This document shows, piece after piece, positions 1 to 12,147 of a stretch of DNA of 64,000 bases. Position numbers and translations under genes: made by a program. The notes below the pieces were generated by a model. It saw only the letters and a program-made list of their open reading frames with translations. It was not told the origin of the DNA and did no database searches. How positions within the stretch are numbered: the first letter of the stretch is position 1; each line of letters opens with the position of its first letter. The stretch comes from Tetramitus jugosus (Eukaryota > Protista > Heterolobosea): positions 62,001-126,000 of the forward strand of contig OW569390.1 in assembly GCA_937625935.1 (NCBI GenBank), written 5' to 3'.

Positions 1-243
1 TTTTATCGTTTGGTGTTTGGTGTTATTGTGTGTTTGCTCTCGATTATTTTTTTTTCTGTGTGAAATTGTCCTCTGTTCATAAAGTTCCTTGAACCATCAG
101 TCGGTGAAACAACAACGGGGAAACTTCAGTTTTTTGGGCGGTTCTGGGCGCCAACTACAAATGAGTCACCTGTGAAACCAAGTGTAACGAACTCGTTGTC
201 AACAAAGCATTTTACTTGAACAAACACCTCACAAGAATTCTCA

Positions 244-654
244 ATGTCATCCTATTATGAACAGAATCAAACGGTCACCATCAAAGGAAAGACCTTCAAG
301 GTGACACCAAAAGAAAAGGAGGAGATGCTCAGAGCCACAGCTCCCACTCCAAAGTTCCTCGTGGATGACAAAGGTCACCTAGTAAACAGAAAAACAAACA
401 GAAATGATGAGTTTCAGCAGAGTTCATCCTTCGCTCAGAAACCAAGAGAATGTGGTTCCCATGGATTCTCCTTCACCCCAGTCGGTTACAACGACTTTTC
501 GGTGCGTTCCAATGTCATTCTAGAGGGAGTTAGACCTGGTATGAACAACACCAATCCATCTGCCTTCCAATACTTACCCAAAGTTCAAAATAATCAAACT
601 ATGTCCATGTCCTATCGAGGTATGTTCCCATCCGATAAAGATACTTACGCGTGA
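244..654 (+). CDS. Hypothetical protein, 136 aa
   Basis: ATG-initiated ORF after an A/C-rich leader, with GGCG-containing motifs upstream (~131-152). No recognisable domain. Confidence 0.55.
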   Translation: MSSYYEQNQTVTIKGKTFKVTPKEKEEMLRATAPTPKFLVDDKGHLVNRKTNRNDEFQQSSSFAQKPRECGSHGFSFTPVGYNDFSVRSNVILEGVRPGMNNTNPSAFQYLPKVQNNQTMSMSYRGMFPSDKDTYA

Positions 655-1155
655 GATCGAATCGTGCTAATCAATGATCAATTATAACTTGGCATCGTTT
701 TCACTCAGTCCCGAAACCTGATTCCTCAGTGTTCAAGTAGGGCATGAGGACTCTAAGTACCATCAGATTCTTTGGTGAGAAACTGTACAGGAGTATTCGA
801 TACAACAGACTCGAGTCGCATAAACAAATGACCTATTCTTAGATATCCTTGACAACTATCCACTCTTGGTCAGTTGAGTGTGGACAACTGGGAATGCAAT
901 TCGGAATTGAGCTTCTATTGGAAGCTTTTTTCATCCAGGGTACTCTGTACATGATTTTACTCATCACATCTCACCCATGACAGATTTAGACAAGTCTAGT
1001 AAAGCCTCTCGGTTCACTCTGATCACCAACCCAGAACGTGCATTTCACAACTCGCCAAACCAATTCACCTACTCGAACAAAAAACTCCCAATTCCCATCC
1101 CACCAACATTGCCCAAACAAACAACAAACAACAAACACCATTTTTGAACCAAAGA

Positions 1156-3039
1156 ATGACTGCCTCGAGCAACTGCAGTGGAAGCAACAGTATCACCAAC
1201 AATAGTAACATGACTCACCACTCCAAAATGAATTCTTCGTCTTATTCTCACAGTAACAACAACACCAATAACAACAATAACAACCAACAACATTATTACC
1301 ACCACAACAATCCTCATCACAATAATCGAGATGACTCATTCAAGAGTTTATTCAACAGCAACAACAACAACAACAATAATAATTCTCCTTCTTCCTTGAG
1401 AAACAATCATTTTTCTAATCGTTTCAACACGAATCGAAATACAAGCACAAGCACAACAAATGGAGGAAATAATTCCTCGACTCACACCAAAACCAACAAT
1501 AATAACAATAATAATAATACAGCTACTACTACTACTACTACTACTCCAATCATGCTCTATGATGAAGAAGGATGGCCATTAACTTCATCACCTTATCATT
1601 ACAGTAGCACAACAACTATTGCTACATCTTCCACTCCAAATCACAAGAATATCAATAATAACATACCAAAAGCTACTACAGCAACACCACCAACAAACAA
1701 CAACAACAACAACAACACCAACACCACTCATAATGCTAACAATAGCAATAGTAGAGGAGGATTTTTTGTTGTGAACAACAATAGCAGTAGTAATAATAGT
1801 AGTAGTCAAGCTTCCATTCGACGATCCATAGCATCACCTCCACCATCAACACAACATAAACCTTCATCAACTGCTGCTTCTTCTGTTACAATGAGTCATA
1901 CTACTCCTACTACAACAACAACAGTCAATAGTGTGTCGTCATCATCGTCATCATCATTGATCATTGGTAAGGGATCACCCATGCTTGTTTGTCATTACAG
2001 GACGAAAAAACAATATGTTCACAATACGAATCATGTGAACTCACAGACCAATCTATATCAATTCTTGAAGTTTACGACACCATTGTTGCATCGATCTCAA
2101 TTCCAATCCAAACTTTCTCCCTCCATTTCTTCCGATCCCGACAACATTACTCCGACAACTACAGGAGATCAAAACAATGGTAGTAACAGTAGTAATAGTG
2201 TACTGAGTAATAGTTTTTATTATTTGAGAGATCTTTGGAGCTTTTATGATGAACCATATGGAATTGATATACCTGTTGTGTTGGATGGAAGACAAGAGCA
2301 CGTGTATTTTGTTCCTCATTTGAGCGCAATTCAATTATTTAAAAAGAGAACTGTCAGTAGTCACACTAAGAATAATAACAAGGAAGATTTGTTGTTGTTT
2401 GAGTACTTTGAAACATCGAGTCCTGATCTTCGATATCCACTGATTGATAAGATTGAAGAACTTGCACAGAGACAAAGTTTGTTGTTGGATGGTACGATTA
2501 TGCAATTGGATGCAACGAGGAGTTGGTATTCTATTGCTTGGTATCCAATTTTGTGTCACAGTCAAACGATACCGTGGCTCAAGGGTCAAATGATCACCTA
2601 TCATAACTTTACACCTTCGGTGAATCATTTGATTGATCCAGTGTTTTGCGACGATGAATTTAAACAAGAGTTTTTGTATGGTCGATCGTTGGTGAAGAAG
2701 GCTGATCATCATTCAACGGAGAATGTCTCAACAAGGTCATTGAACAATGAACAAGCATCGACATCGACATCATCGACCACGTCTGATGGTGCCGATGGCA
2801 CTGATACTGCCTATGAGCACACGTATGCTGCGCCAGTGATTGGATTTTTGCCATACAAGGTCAAGAATGAGACATGGTTTGCCAACTATCAAGACTCATC
2901 TTCAGTGCACAATGAAGCTGATTTTTATGCACCGCTGCATCTCGTGAGAGCTTGCAAGCGCGTATTGGCAAAAGCAGGTGTGAAACATCCTGACTTTGAG
3001 CACTGTGTTCAAAATTGTTCCGATCTTGGACTGATATGA
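1156..3039 (+). CDS. DUF789-family protein with a long Asn/Thr/Ser-rich N-terminus
   Basis: C-terminal half has DUF789-type motifs: NLYQFLKFTTP, YYLRDLWSFYDEPYG, YFVPHLSAIQLF, LLFEYFE..SPDLRYPL.DKI, SWYSIAWYPI, HPDFEH. First ATG is at 1156. Confidence 0.8.
   Translation: MTASSNCSGSNSITNNSNMTHHSKMNSSSYSHSNNNTNNNNNNQQHYYHHNNPHHNNRDDSFKSLFNSNNNNNNNNSPSSLRNNHFSNRFNTNRNTSTSTTNGGNNSSTHTKTNNNNNNNNTATTTTTTTPIMLYDEEGWPLTSSPYHYSSTTTIATSSTPNHKNINNNIPKATTATPPTNNNNNNNTNTTHNANNSNSRGGFFVVNNNSSSNNSSSQASIRRSIASPPPSTQHKPSSTAASSVTMSHTTPTTTTTVNSVSSSSSSSLIIGKGSPMLVCHYRTKKQYVHNTNHVNSQTNLYQFLKFTTPLLHRSQFQSKLSPSISSDPDNITPTTTGDQNNGSNSSNSVLSNSFYYLRDLWSFYDEPYGIDIPVVLDGRQEHVYFVPHLSAIQLFKKRTVSSHTKNNNKEDLLLFEYFETSSPDLRYPLIDKIEELAQRQSLLLDGTIMQLDATRSWYSIAWYPILCHSQTIPWLKGQMITYHNFTPSVNHLIDPVFCDDEFKQEFLYGRSLVKKADHHSTENVSTRSLNNEQASTSTSSTTSDGADGTDTAYEHTYAAPVIGFLPYKVKNETWFANYQDSSSVHNEADFYAPLHLVRACKRVLAKAGVKHPDFEHCVQNCSDLGLI
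1250..1810 (+). repeat. Coding trinucleotide microsatellites (AAC/AAT/ACT/AGT)
   Basis: Visible (AAC)n, (AAT)n and (ACT)n runs encoding poly-Asn, poly-Thr and poly-Ser. Confidence 0.85.
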
Positions 3040-3107
3040 TTTTCAAATACAATTGAACCACTTTGTATCGCACCACCACAATGTGGAAGTAAAATACAAC
3101 ACTCAAA

Positions 3108-3127
3108 AACCCGCCATTTTTTGGCGC
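3108..3127 (+). promoter_or_regulatory. Paired E2F-like element upstream of APC5
   Basis: AACCCGCCATTTTTTGGCGC contains TTTGGCGC (E2F consensus TTTSSCGC), about 64 bp before the ATG at 3191. A near copy lies upstream of dUTPase. Confidence 0.45.
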
Positions 3128-3190
3128 TCCTTTTCTTCGGATTAATTCTAACTCTTGTCCGAAACCAGCTGGAAAATCAGAATTTCATTC

Positions 3191-5941
3191 ATGTCCAATT
3201 CACAAGCCTTCTCACAATCACTGGCATGCTTACTGACACCACATGACATTGCCATTGCCATCTTAATCGATGCACAGTTGACACATCCAACATTGTCTCC
3301 TGCTCTTCGCAATGAACTATCACTCTACTTGATTGAAGTGATTGAGAGTGATGAAGCAAAACTGTATCAGTTCATATCAGAGAATAGCACCTCCAAAATT
3401 GGGTCCTTTTGTTCATTGAAATCATTTTGTCATCATGTCATTATGAACGATTTTCAATCACAGGACAAGTCTATTCTGGCAGAGACTGTGTTTCAAACGG
3501 TAATCATTCTTGTCAAATTTTGATTTTTGTTTTTGGTTCGTTTCAATGTTGTTCTCACTTTTTAAATTATTATCGAATGAATGCATGAATGCGTGGTATG
3601 TATGTGTGGTTGGTGAAACGATAGATGAGTCAAATTAGAGTACCAGATGATTTGTTTGACTTGTTCATACGATTTAGAAATGTGTTAACCAATGAAACAT
3701 CAAAACAAGTCAATGCTTCCAATGTTCCTCAACGTGCTGTAGGTATTTTGTTTGTGATTGATACTATTCATTTGTTGTTGTTGATGTTGAGATAGATTTT
3801 TGATTGATTTTAACTTAATTGTGGAAATACGTACAGCACTTGTCGAGTATCTATGGCATATTTATGAGAAAATTAGTTTTGGCGTTTCAACAACTCATGT
3901 TCGATGGAGTTTGTCACTTGTTTGAGAATGTAGAGCAGTTTGTGATGGAGCAGTTTGATGATAATGATGACGATATTCATGGTGATTCGTTGATGGTGAT
4001 GGATCATCCTGAGACGACGCATATACAAGATGTTGTTTTGTCCAATGTGTTTCATAGCTTGAATCCGATCACTGCAGAGAAATATGTGTATGATTTAATA
4101 CAGAGATTGGAGTGTAAGTGTGAATGAATAGTATTGCATATGTGAATGTTTATGTGAGTGGACAGGAAACTAATGACGCAATTTCTTATGATGTAATATT
4201 TTTTATGTTTATTTGATGAACAGCGAGTAATATTGATATGAAGACGGATTATGAAGAGCTGAATCGCATTGCCAATCACTTGGGAGTCGCTTTTCCCTCC
4301 ATTACAAAGATTTACTATCTAAAATATTTATTGTTCGTTCAACAGAGAGAATGGGAGGGAGCCATAGAGAATCTTCACCGTTACTTTGATTATTGTTACT
4401 GTGACAATAGTGTTGGGTTGGTTTTGAATCAAGCGCAAACTTCTACGAATATCAATAGTATGATTGCGTCGTATGCTACATTGAACCTCGCTGCGTTACA
4501 TTATCAATTTGGACACTATGGCGCAGCGCTTCAGTCAATACAGGAGAGTATCAGAATTGCTCAACAACAGAATGAACATGAGTGCTTGGCTCTTGCTCTG
4601 GCTTGGTTGTTCAGATTGGCTGATATCAAGGGATTTGTTGACAAAACTGAAAGTTTGATCAAGAGATGCATTCAACGTGCAAAGGAGCTTCAAATGAATG
4701 ACTTGTTGTCCCAGTCGCTGTTGGCCTACACCAAGTTATCCATGTTGAAGCTTCCGTACACACCGGATTACATCCGACGAATATGGGATGATATCGCAAC
4801 GAGTTTGAAAATTGATGTCGAGAACAACATTCCTTTCTTGAGCCAAACTAGCCTGTTGATGCAGGCATCCGTATGGGAGAATCTAGGAAACAAGAGTATG
4901 GTGACCATGTTGTCGAAACTAGTGACAGATGACTCGTCACCTATACGCAGAGATGACTATATTTTGGCCCACTGTAAATTAGCTCAGGCAGAGGCAAAGG
5001 AGGGTAGAGTGAAAGAATCTCTATTGAAATTACAAAGTATTTATGAATGTGTGCACGAGCAATACGACTCTCTGTATACTCAAACGATATGCAATATTCT
5101 ATTCGACTATTTTTGCCTGTCACATCATATCGAGGATGCTCGCGCACTGTTGGAAATGTTGAATGACTTGAGAGATAGTCACTCAGCGGATGGAATGGAC
5201 AATGTACAATACCGGAGTGATTTACTCGACAAGAGAGCTAAACTCATGTTGTGTGAATCCAGATATCAAGAAGCCTCTGAGTTACTATTGTCGAGCATTG
5301 ATATATCTAAAGGTACGAACTTGCATCTGGCTCATTTGAAGCACCTATTGGCCTTGGTCGATATCTACATCAGTACACCGAACACTGGTGTCAATGCAAT
5401 CAAGTATGCAGCCCAGGGCATGGCCATCAGTCGTCAGAGAGGTCTAGAAACATACTATTCCAATTTTTCAGTTTACATGGCGCATGCACTCATGCTCACC
5501 AGCAGTGAATATCTCAAGGCTCAAAAGTTGATCGATTCGGCTGCATCACAACTGGTATGTCATGGATCAGCTCTCGATCTCGGTTATTTGTACTTTGTTC
5601 GAGGTAAACTCTTTGTTCTTCGTGCGAAATCTCCTGGTCAGAACAGTGATCCAAGATCACTGATCAGCCAGGCATTAGAGTCATTCTCCTTGGCTAAAGC
5701 GGAATATCAAAGAGTACACGCCATAGGCAAGCAAATGCAAGTGCTCTTCCTAGAGGCACAGACATTAAATGCTGCAGGAATGATTCAACAACGAGATGAC
5801 ATCTCCCAACAGTTTGCCCAGCTGTCTCAACAGAAGAAGAGTCGGACGTGTACAAGGCAATGTGATTTCAGTAACTTTTATGGCCACATTGGTCCATGGA
5901 TACGTACTTTCCTCGGCGTTGATTATCAACAATCTCAATAA
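3191..5941 (+). CDS. ANAPC5: Anaphase-promoting complex subunit 5, 4 exons (about 3191-3499, 3625-~3738, 3837-4113, 4224-5941)
   Basis: Motifs LTPHDIAIAILI, PDDLFDLF, SSIYGIFMRK, AIENLHRYFDY, YATLNLAALHYQFGH..AL..IQESIRIAQ...EHECLALALAWL, then TPR-like helices. GT-AG introns join ORFs 3155, 3819 and 4238 in frame. The exon 2 donor is uncertain. Confidence 0.85.
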
Positions 5942-6008
5942 AACCTGCGAATAATTGAAGAGAGGTGGCGCCCAAAAAATTGAGACGACAACTACGACGA
6001 GTTCAACA

Positions 6009-7242
6009 ATGTCCACATCGAAACCTAGCTCTAGACAACAGCCTCGAAAGAAGACCAAAGAACAACTAAAGAAGGAGGAGGAAGAACAGAGAGAACAAGA
6101 ACAGTTAGAGAGGGAACGTTCGGCGGAATTAGCTCGAAAACCAAGAGAATTCACAGATTATGGTTTTGTTGAGCTCGTTTTGCAGTATGGAGATGACGCT
6201 GACCAGTTGACTGAGCTGATGGCAAGAGAGCTAAAATTGCATGACTATTTAGTGAACTTGAGAAGCTCTATACTCATCGATTTTCATGTACACAACGTTA
6301 GGTATGTTTCACTGTCATAACACAGTTTGGATCTTGAGTGATCACAATTGGACAAGTGTTCTGACATGAGTGATATGTTGTTCTAGTTTTGTCAAAGCGC
6401 AAGGATTTAATCTGAGACAATCCTCCATTTTTCTTCATTTACTCGAACAATTGAGAACAATGGCTCTAGAGGATGATGCATCTGTTCTAAAGTTAACATC
6501 ATTTCTCAAAGAGAAACTAATGGAGCACAGTCGACCACTGTCACTGCAAGAACAGGAAGAATGGAGATTAAATAACGAAAAACGAGCGAAGCAGAGAGAG
6601 TCAGAAAGAGAGAAATCGCCAAACAAGAAGCGAGTTCCAGTCAAACCGAAAAAGTCTGATGAGGAAGCGAAGCGATTAGAAGAGGAAGAAAAGAAGAGAC
6701 AAGAAGAAGAGGAAGCAAAGCGGAGACGAGAGGAAGAAGTAGAACAACTGAGTAAATCACCTGCGTATAATATCGATGATGTGGCAGCGATTACCGATTT
6801 CATCGTCAGTGGATTGCTTCAACATTATCAATTGTATCGCTTCGTATTTGGTCAGGAGCAACCATTAGAGGTGACTCACTACAAATCAATGATTGAGACA
6901 TTACCTGAACCTTCTCTGCCTCTGGCAGATTTTCTCGAAGAGGAATTGTATAATCAGAAGAAGTTAGAAGCACAACGACAAAAGGAGGAACAAAAGGAGG
7001 CAATAAGACTGGAAAAGGAAGAGAGAATGAAGAGAGAAGCGGAAGAGGCTGAACAGCGATATCAGGAGGAGTTAGCAGCCAAGAGGGCCAGAATGGTTCA
7101 GTCGGGTGATGTACGACAGATTGCCGAGTTTATCAACAATGTAGTTCAGGTTGACAGTGAAGGTCTCAAAGAAACATACTTAGCCAAACTTGAAACAATA
7201 CACACAATTGTGGAAGGAGCACTTGCTACGAACACGAATTAA
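6009..7242 (+). CDS. CFAP119: Flagellar central-pair C1a-32/CFAP119 (CLAMP domain)-like protein; intron 6302-6386
   Basis: Motifs ILIDFHVHNV.F, GFNL.Q.S.FL, IDDVAAITDFIVSGLLQHYQLYRFVF and PLPL, plus charged coiled coils. A GTATGT...CTGAC...TAG intron joins the two ORFs in frame. Confidence 0.6.
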
Positions 7243-7323
7243 TGTCTGTTTATCTTTCTCGATGGACAACTTATTATTCACCTTTCAAACAATTTGCATC
7301 AGCCCAAATTGACGGAACAATCA

Positions 7324-8712
7324 TTACTCAAAGCCAATAGGCACCCTGGATTCATTATAAACAATCTTCACGTCTGAATTTGCTCCTCTCTTTCTGTTGT
7401 CCAAGGATCGGCGACCTGCCTCAAGAATTGCTGTCGTTAGAATGGTAGAAGTGCTTGTCACAGTAGGCATTTGTCTGATGATATCCTTCAGATCCGCCAT
7501 ACCATTTCTGACAGCAAAGATACTCTCAACAAATGCTGCCAAACTTCGATAGCCATAACCAATTTGACCTGCAAAATTACCGTTCAGATCTGGAGTGTAC
7601 TTCATAAACAGAGGATTCACCGATTTGAATCCTGTTAGATCACTGGCCAGAGTGTAACCTCTATGTGCTTGATCAATATTCACCTCACCTGTTGTGCCCT
7701 GATAGAAGAATCGCTGTTGAGAGTGTACATCACTCTGCTTGGTAGATACCCAAGAGCTCGTATAGATAGCAGTACCCGCATTCCCTGTTCCCTGCTGTTT
7801 CCACTGCACTGTCAATGTAATAGAGTCTTCCGTGTCCATATTGTACGGCTCAGAGTTAGCAACACCATAGGATCCACATGCACTTACAGAATGAGGTCTC
7901 CAAGTGTCATTGTGCAAACCACTCAGTGCCCAACAATGGAAATCGATATGATGAGCATTCAAGTAGTAACTAATATCACTAAAGCTGGCCCAATTGGCAA
8001 ATGTGTTCAATTGGGTCACCGGTTGAGACATGTAAGAGTGATAAAAAGAGAAATTGCCGAGTGCACCCTGAACGATTCTTTCTCTGGCATCTTGATAGAT
8101 TGGATCCCATCGCTTGTGAACTTCCACGCTGCACATGACACCACGATCACTGTCCTCAGATTGCAATGCAGCCAACTTTGAATGATGATCCAATGTTTGA
8201 ACAAGTGGCTTGGCAACCAATGTATGCATACCACTCAGCATTGCAAACTGTGCAATCTCAAAATGAGTGTGATCTGGAGTGAAAATCATGACGACATCGC
8301 CGGGATTCATGCTCTTAATGGCATTCTTGTACGCCTCTGGGTCAGAGGAAACGCTATCCTCTGGAAACGAGTCAAACTGCAGCTCTTGGTCATCCTCACT
8401 CGTCAGTGAGCCACTATTATTGCCGTAAAGGCGTCGATAACCTCTCTTCAAATGAGTTCTGATACCTGGGAATTTTTTACCATTGGTGCCGCAGAGAATG
8501 AGCCTCGAAATGAAACCTCTGTTGCGCAAATCGATCAAACTCAGCGCAACAACACCAATAGGCTTATCACTGGTCGATTCTTGTTCATTGACGAAACCAG
8601 TGACATATTCACCTGTTCCTACCACACAGACTTGAACTCTTTGGAAATCTTGGCGATCTTGCTTCTGGTTGAGCAGCAATCGAGTGATCAAATGGTGACT
8701 TGGTTCATACAT
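7324..8712 (-). CDS. Gfo/Idh/MocA oxidoreductase, similar to fungal D-galacturonate reductase GaaA
   Basis: Motifs VGTGEYVTGFV..STSDKPIGVV.L..DLR.RG, KFPGIR.HL, IFTPDHTH, LVAKP, EVHKRWDPIY, SDISYYLNAHHID, DVHSQQRF, DQAHRGY, GYGYRS. Confidence 0.8.
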   Translation of the reverse strand: MYEPSHHLITRLLLNQKQDRQDFQRVQVCVVGTGEYVTGFVNEQESTSDKPIGVVALSLIDLRNRGFISRLILCGTNGKKFPGIRTHLKRGYRRLYGNNSGSLTSEDDQELQFDSFPEDSVSSDPEAYKNAIKSMNPGDVVMIFTPDHTHFEIAQFAMLSGMHTLVAKPLVQTLDHHSKLAALQSEDSDRGVMCSVEVHKRWDPIYQDARERIVQGALGNFSFYHSYMSQPVTQLNTFANWASFSDISYYLNAHHIDFHCWALSGLHNDTWRPHSVSACGSYGVANSEPYNMDTEDSITLTVQWKQQGTGNAGTAIYTSSWVSTKQSDVHSQQRFFYQGTTGEVNIDQAHRGYTLASDLTGFKSVNPLFMKYTPDLNGNFAGQIGYGYRSLAAFVESIFAVRNGMADLKDIIRQMPTVTSTSTILTTAILEAGRRSLDNRKRGANSDVKIVYNESRVPIGFE

Positions 8713-8887
8713 GACGATATTGTGCTTGCTATGCTCTGTTTTTGTTTTCTGGTTGTGTGGCTGTTTTTGTGTGAGATCCAACTTGGAAAGTCCAATTCAT
8801 TCACACAAGCTGCGACAACAAAAGCTAAAGCTTCTCTCACACTGAAACATGATTTTCACTTCAATGAGAAACAATAAAGTGTTTTGT

Positions 8888-9205
8888 CTATACAAGTTTA
8901 TTGTTGTTTGGGCCAAAGTAGTTGAGGAACAAGCCAATGATCGCCATCAATATGGTGGTGATCAATTGTTTCAAATCAAACTCACTTTGCTTCAAGTTGA
9001 TCATTGAGCTCAGGCATGTCAATAGACCAAGCCACGAGCACCACTTGTACTTGAGCATGAGACCAAGAACAGAAAAGAGAACAGCAGCCAATTGCATATA
9101 GTTTGGAGGGATGTCATCCTTCTTGATCTTTCTTGGTGTCCATTTCTTTTCCTTTGAAACGTCACGTGGTGTGATCTCTGCTTGTGAAGATGCTTCTACA
9201 CTCAT
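8888..9205 (-). CDS. WDR83OS: Asterix / PAT-complex subunit (UPF0139)
   Basis: 105 aa. DDIPPNYMQL..VLFSVLGLMLKYKWCSWLGL...SSMIN.K...DLKQ matches the family pattern, with three hydrophobic segments. Confidence 0.8.
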   Translation of the reverse strand: MSVEASSQAEITPRDVSKEKKWTPRKIKKDDIPPNYMQLAAVLFSVLGLMLKYKWCSWLGLLTCLSSMINLKQSEFDLKQLITTILMAIIGLFLNYFGPNNNKLV

Positions 9206-9330
9206 GGTTTGGCGCCCACTTTTTTACGATTGTGATTTTTGTTGCCGCCAAAATAGGACCGCAACCAAGAACGGTTCTTGAACTACAATAACATTAGCAA
9301 AGGACGAGGAGAGTTTTTGTAGCAAGAAGA

Positions 9331-11346
9331 ATGGATCCAGAAAGTGGTTTACCTCCAAAGTTGGATCTTACTGGTGAAGAATTTATGAAAAGTGATGGTG
9401 TGAATGGAGATCATTCAACATCAGTACCAGTGACATCTCAACACAAAAACAAAGTAAGTTGTGATGTCTCTCATCTCGTCATTTTTGATCTGTGGAAATG
9501 AAACTCATACCTCGAAACTCAGTCAAATCACTCCACAGTCAATCCCAATATTCAAAAATTGAATGCGAAAACGGAGGAATTGAAAGCAAAGGTCTCTCCA
9601 GCAGTGCAAGAAATGCTAAACAAGAGAAAACAACTGTAAGATCGATCATATTATTATTCATGTAGATTTTCTCTTATTGAAAGATCATAATACTGACAGT
9701 AAATACTTACTAGACTACATAAATTATGGGAAGATATTGGTGAGACTTGGACACACAGAGAAAACTTTGTCCATCATGCGTTTGATAGGCCATTTGAAAA
9801 CTATGGTCTCATATCTAATGAGACACTGCGCGTGGTTGAGATTAGGTGGTTGGATTTACGGATATTAGGACTCATCGATCAAAGAGAAACGATAATAGAG
9901 CGAATACAGGAAGTAAGCGAGAAGAGAAATCCAAGGGACCTTAAGAAGAATCAACAATTGATCGAAGATGATCTACAAATCTATCGAACAATAACTCTGT
10001 ACATTACTGAATATATTCAAACCTGGATATTAAAGAATCCACAGAAGGAGACATATCTGTGGAAGGGAGATGATTATTTAGCGAGAATTAACATAGATTT
10101 TACAAGAATGATACGTAAGAGTCGGAGGTTACAAACAATACTAGAAGAAAATCATTTAACTAATTCCCCCTTGTGTTTACCAAAGAATCCTACATTGTAC
10201 ATGAAGGATTATCAACCAAAGAAGACAATTGAGGAAGGGCACACAATCGAAAAACAAGTATCTGACAGCGTGTTTGATCACAGGTCAAGAACTCCAACAG
10301 CTTACAATATCTCTCAGTTCGATCTCGGAACTCCTATGACTGGCACTTCTCAACCAACGACACCGCTTCAATTATCTAGAGGTCTAATGAATGGTGTAAC
10401 GAAAGACAAAGAACCCCGGCCGAATGCTCCAATCTCTCCTACTCATGCCCAACCAGTCACACAATTTGGAAAGGTGATTAAATTCCAGAAGAAGGTTGCC
10501 TTTGAAGAAGAGAAGGATCAATTCTTCTTGACAAGCGTACAAGATAGTAATTCCAAAACAAAACAATCTGACGGAGCGGCAAGTAATAGTTACAATGAAA
10601 ATCTCGATCATGAATCAGATGAAATGGGAAAACGGGTGAATCTTCCTTCACTCCTCGTTGAACAAACTTTTAGAGATCGAAGTAAGAGATACAAGAAATA
10701 TTCTGAGCCGCTATGTTCAATACGACACGAGGATCTTATGGACAAGTTGCAGGAGGAACAGCCATTCTACCTGAATGACCTGATACAGCAGAAGAGAAAC
10801 AAGCCTAACGATCCTCTGAACTCTTCCGCCATAATGACCTCACATCTCAGTTATGTGCAACAAATTCTTGCTAAATCGAACAACTATCTCAGAAAGATGC
10901 AAGAGACTAGAACCAACTTGGAAGTACCTAAATTTCTTTCCTCGGATCCTGTAGTTCAAGTGGATCAAAGTGCAGAGATAGAAGACCTCGATGTTCAATT
11001 CCCAGGCACAAATCTGGCCGAGGATGTCATTAGAATCCAAAGGGCCAATCGTTTCATTTTCAATCACTCACAAAAGGGATCCTCTCGAGCCACCACAGCA
11101 TCATCATCCGCTAATCCTCCTCACTCAGCCAATAGTGTCGCTACACCAGTGGCACAGAACAATAGATTGACAAACGGAAGGATTACTCCTTCATCTGCCG
11201 TTTTGATATCTCCACCTTCATCCATCACCAGTACACTCCGAAGCAGCTTACGGAATAACAATCAAACTACAAATATTTTGGTCCATAATGTGGACAAGAG
11301 TGACACGCCATCAAAGAAACAAGTGAGACTGAAGGATCACAACTAA
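9331..11346 (+). CDS. Hypothetical protein, probably 3 exons (about 9331-9453, 9523-9635, 9714-11346)
   Basis: GTAAGT/GTAAGA donors and AG acceptors extend the 504-aa ORF upstream to an ATG at 9331. Helical N-terminal part (LWEDIG...YLWKGDDYLARINID) and a low-complexity tail. Confidence 0.55.
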
Positions 11347-11418
11347 CAAACTTATCGATTTTAACTATAAATATTGTACCATCGAAGGGATGAAACATTT
11401 TATGAGTGTTTTGCCTAT

Positions 11419-11880
11419 CTATCCCCAGATTCTGGTCGATGTATCCCTATAGCAATTGCCCCTTTCCTTTTGCTTGAATGCCACCTCTTGGTTAACACCA
11501 TTACCCTTTGGTTCTTGGTGGGCGAACTGGTAGTTTGAGCTAACAAAGGAAACATTGTGGTGATTCATATTGAGGGACCTCACGGTGTCTTGAGGTTGTA
11601 ATCCACATTCATTGGGGCCAGAGCTATTGACATCTAACATATAATCAAACATGCCCCGAGCAGGGGTTCTTGAATATTGCCAGATGTTCGATCCTTGGGC
11701 ACCTGCAAAAACTATTTTTCCAGAATCTATGTCTGTAGTGACATTTGGGTAATACCCACTCATCCCCCCAGCAGAGACAACTCCAGTTTTTTGTCGCTTA
11801 CTTGGTACTTCAATTGTGCTACCTCTTCTTTTGTTCCTGGCGAGGTTTGTGTTTTCTGATGGGTTAATCTGGTGACTCAT
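11419..11880 (-). CDS. Hypothetical protein, ~153 aa
   Basis: First ATG of the 204-codon ORF is at 11880 (MSHQINP). Contains a basic NLS-like stretch, RNKRR..SKRQK. Confidence 0.45.
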   Translation of the reverse strand: MSHQINPSENTNLARNKRRGSTIEVPSKRQKTGVVSAGGMSGYYPNVTTDIDSGKIVFAGAQGSNIWQYSRTPARGMFDYMLDVNSSGPNECGLQPQDTVRSLNMNHHNVSFVSSNYQFAHQEPKGNGVNQEVAFKQKERGNCYRDTSTRIWG

Positions 11881-12147
11881 GGATGGATTCAGCTGTTTTG
11901 TGGTTCGTTTCCTGGAGAATGGTTTTGCCAACAATGCGGCGTGTTGTCTGAGGATTGCCCAATTAATCTCATTCGCGTTTCCTGCAGTCAAGTTGAACAG
12001 TAAAACCCCGTTCACATGGCTGTACTCCTGCAATTTTGATGGACGATTGGCTCTCCGAACAATTTTTGACGCGACAACCCCTTATGTTTCAAATACAACA
12101 ATTAAATCTCAATAAATAAAGACAATCTATCGTTGATAAAGTGCTGT

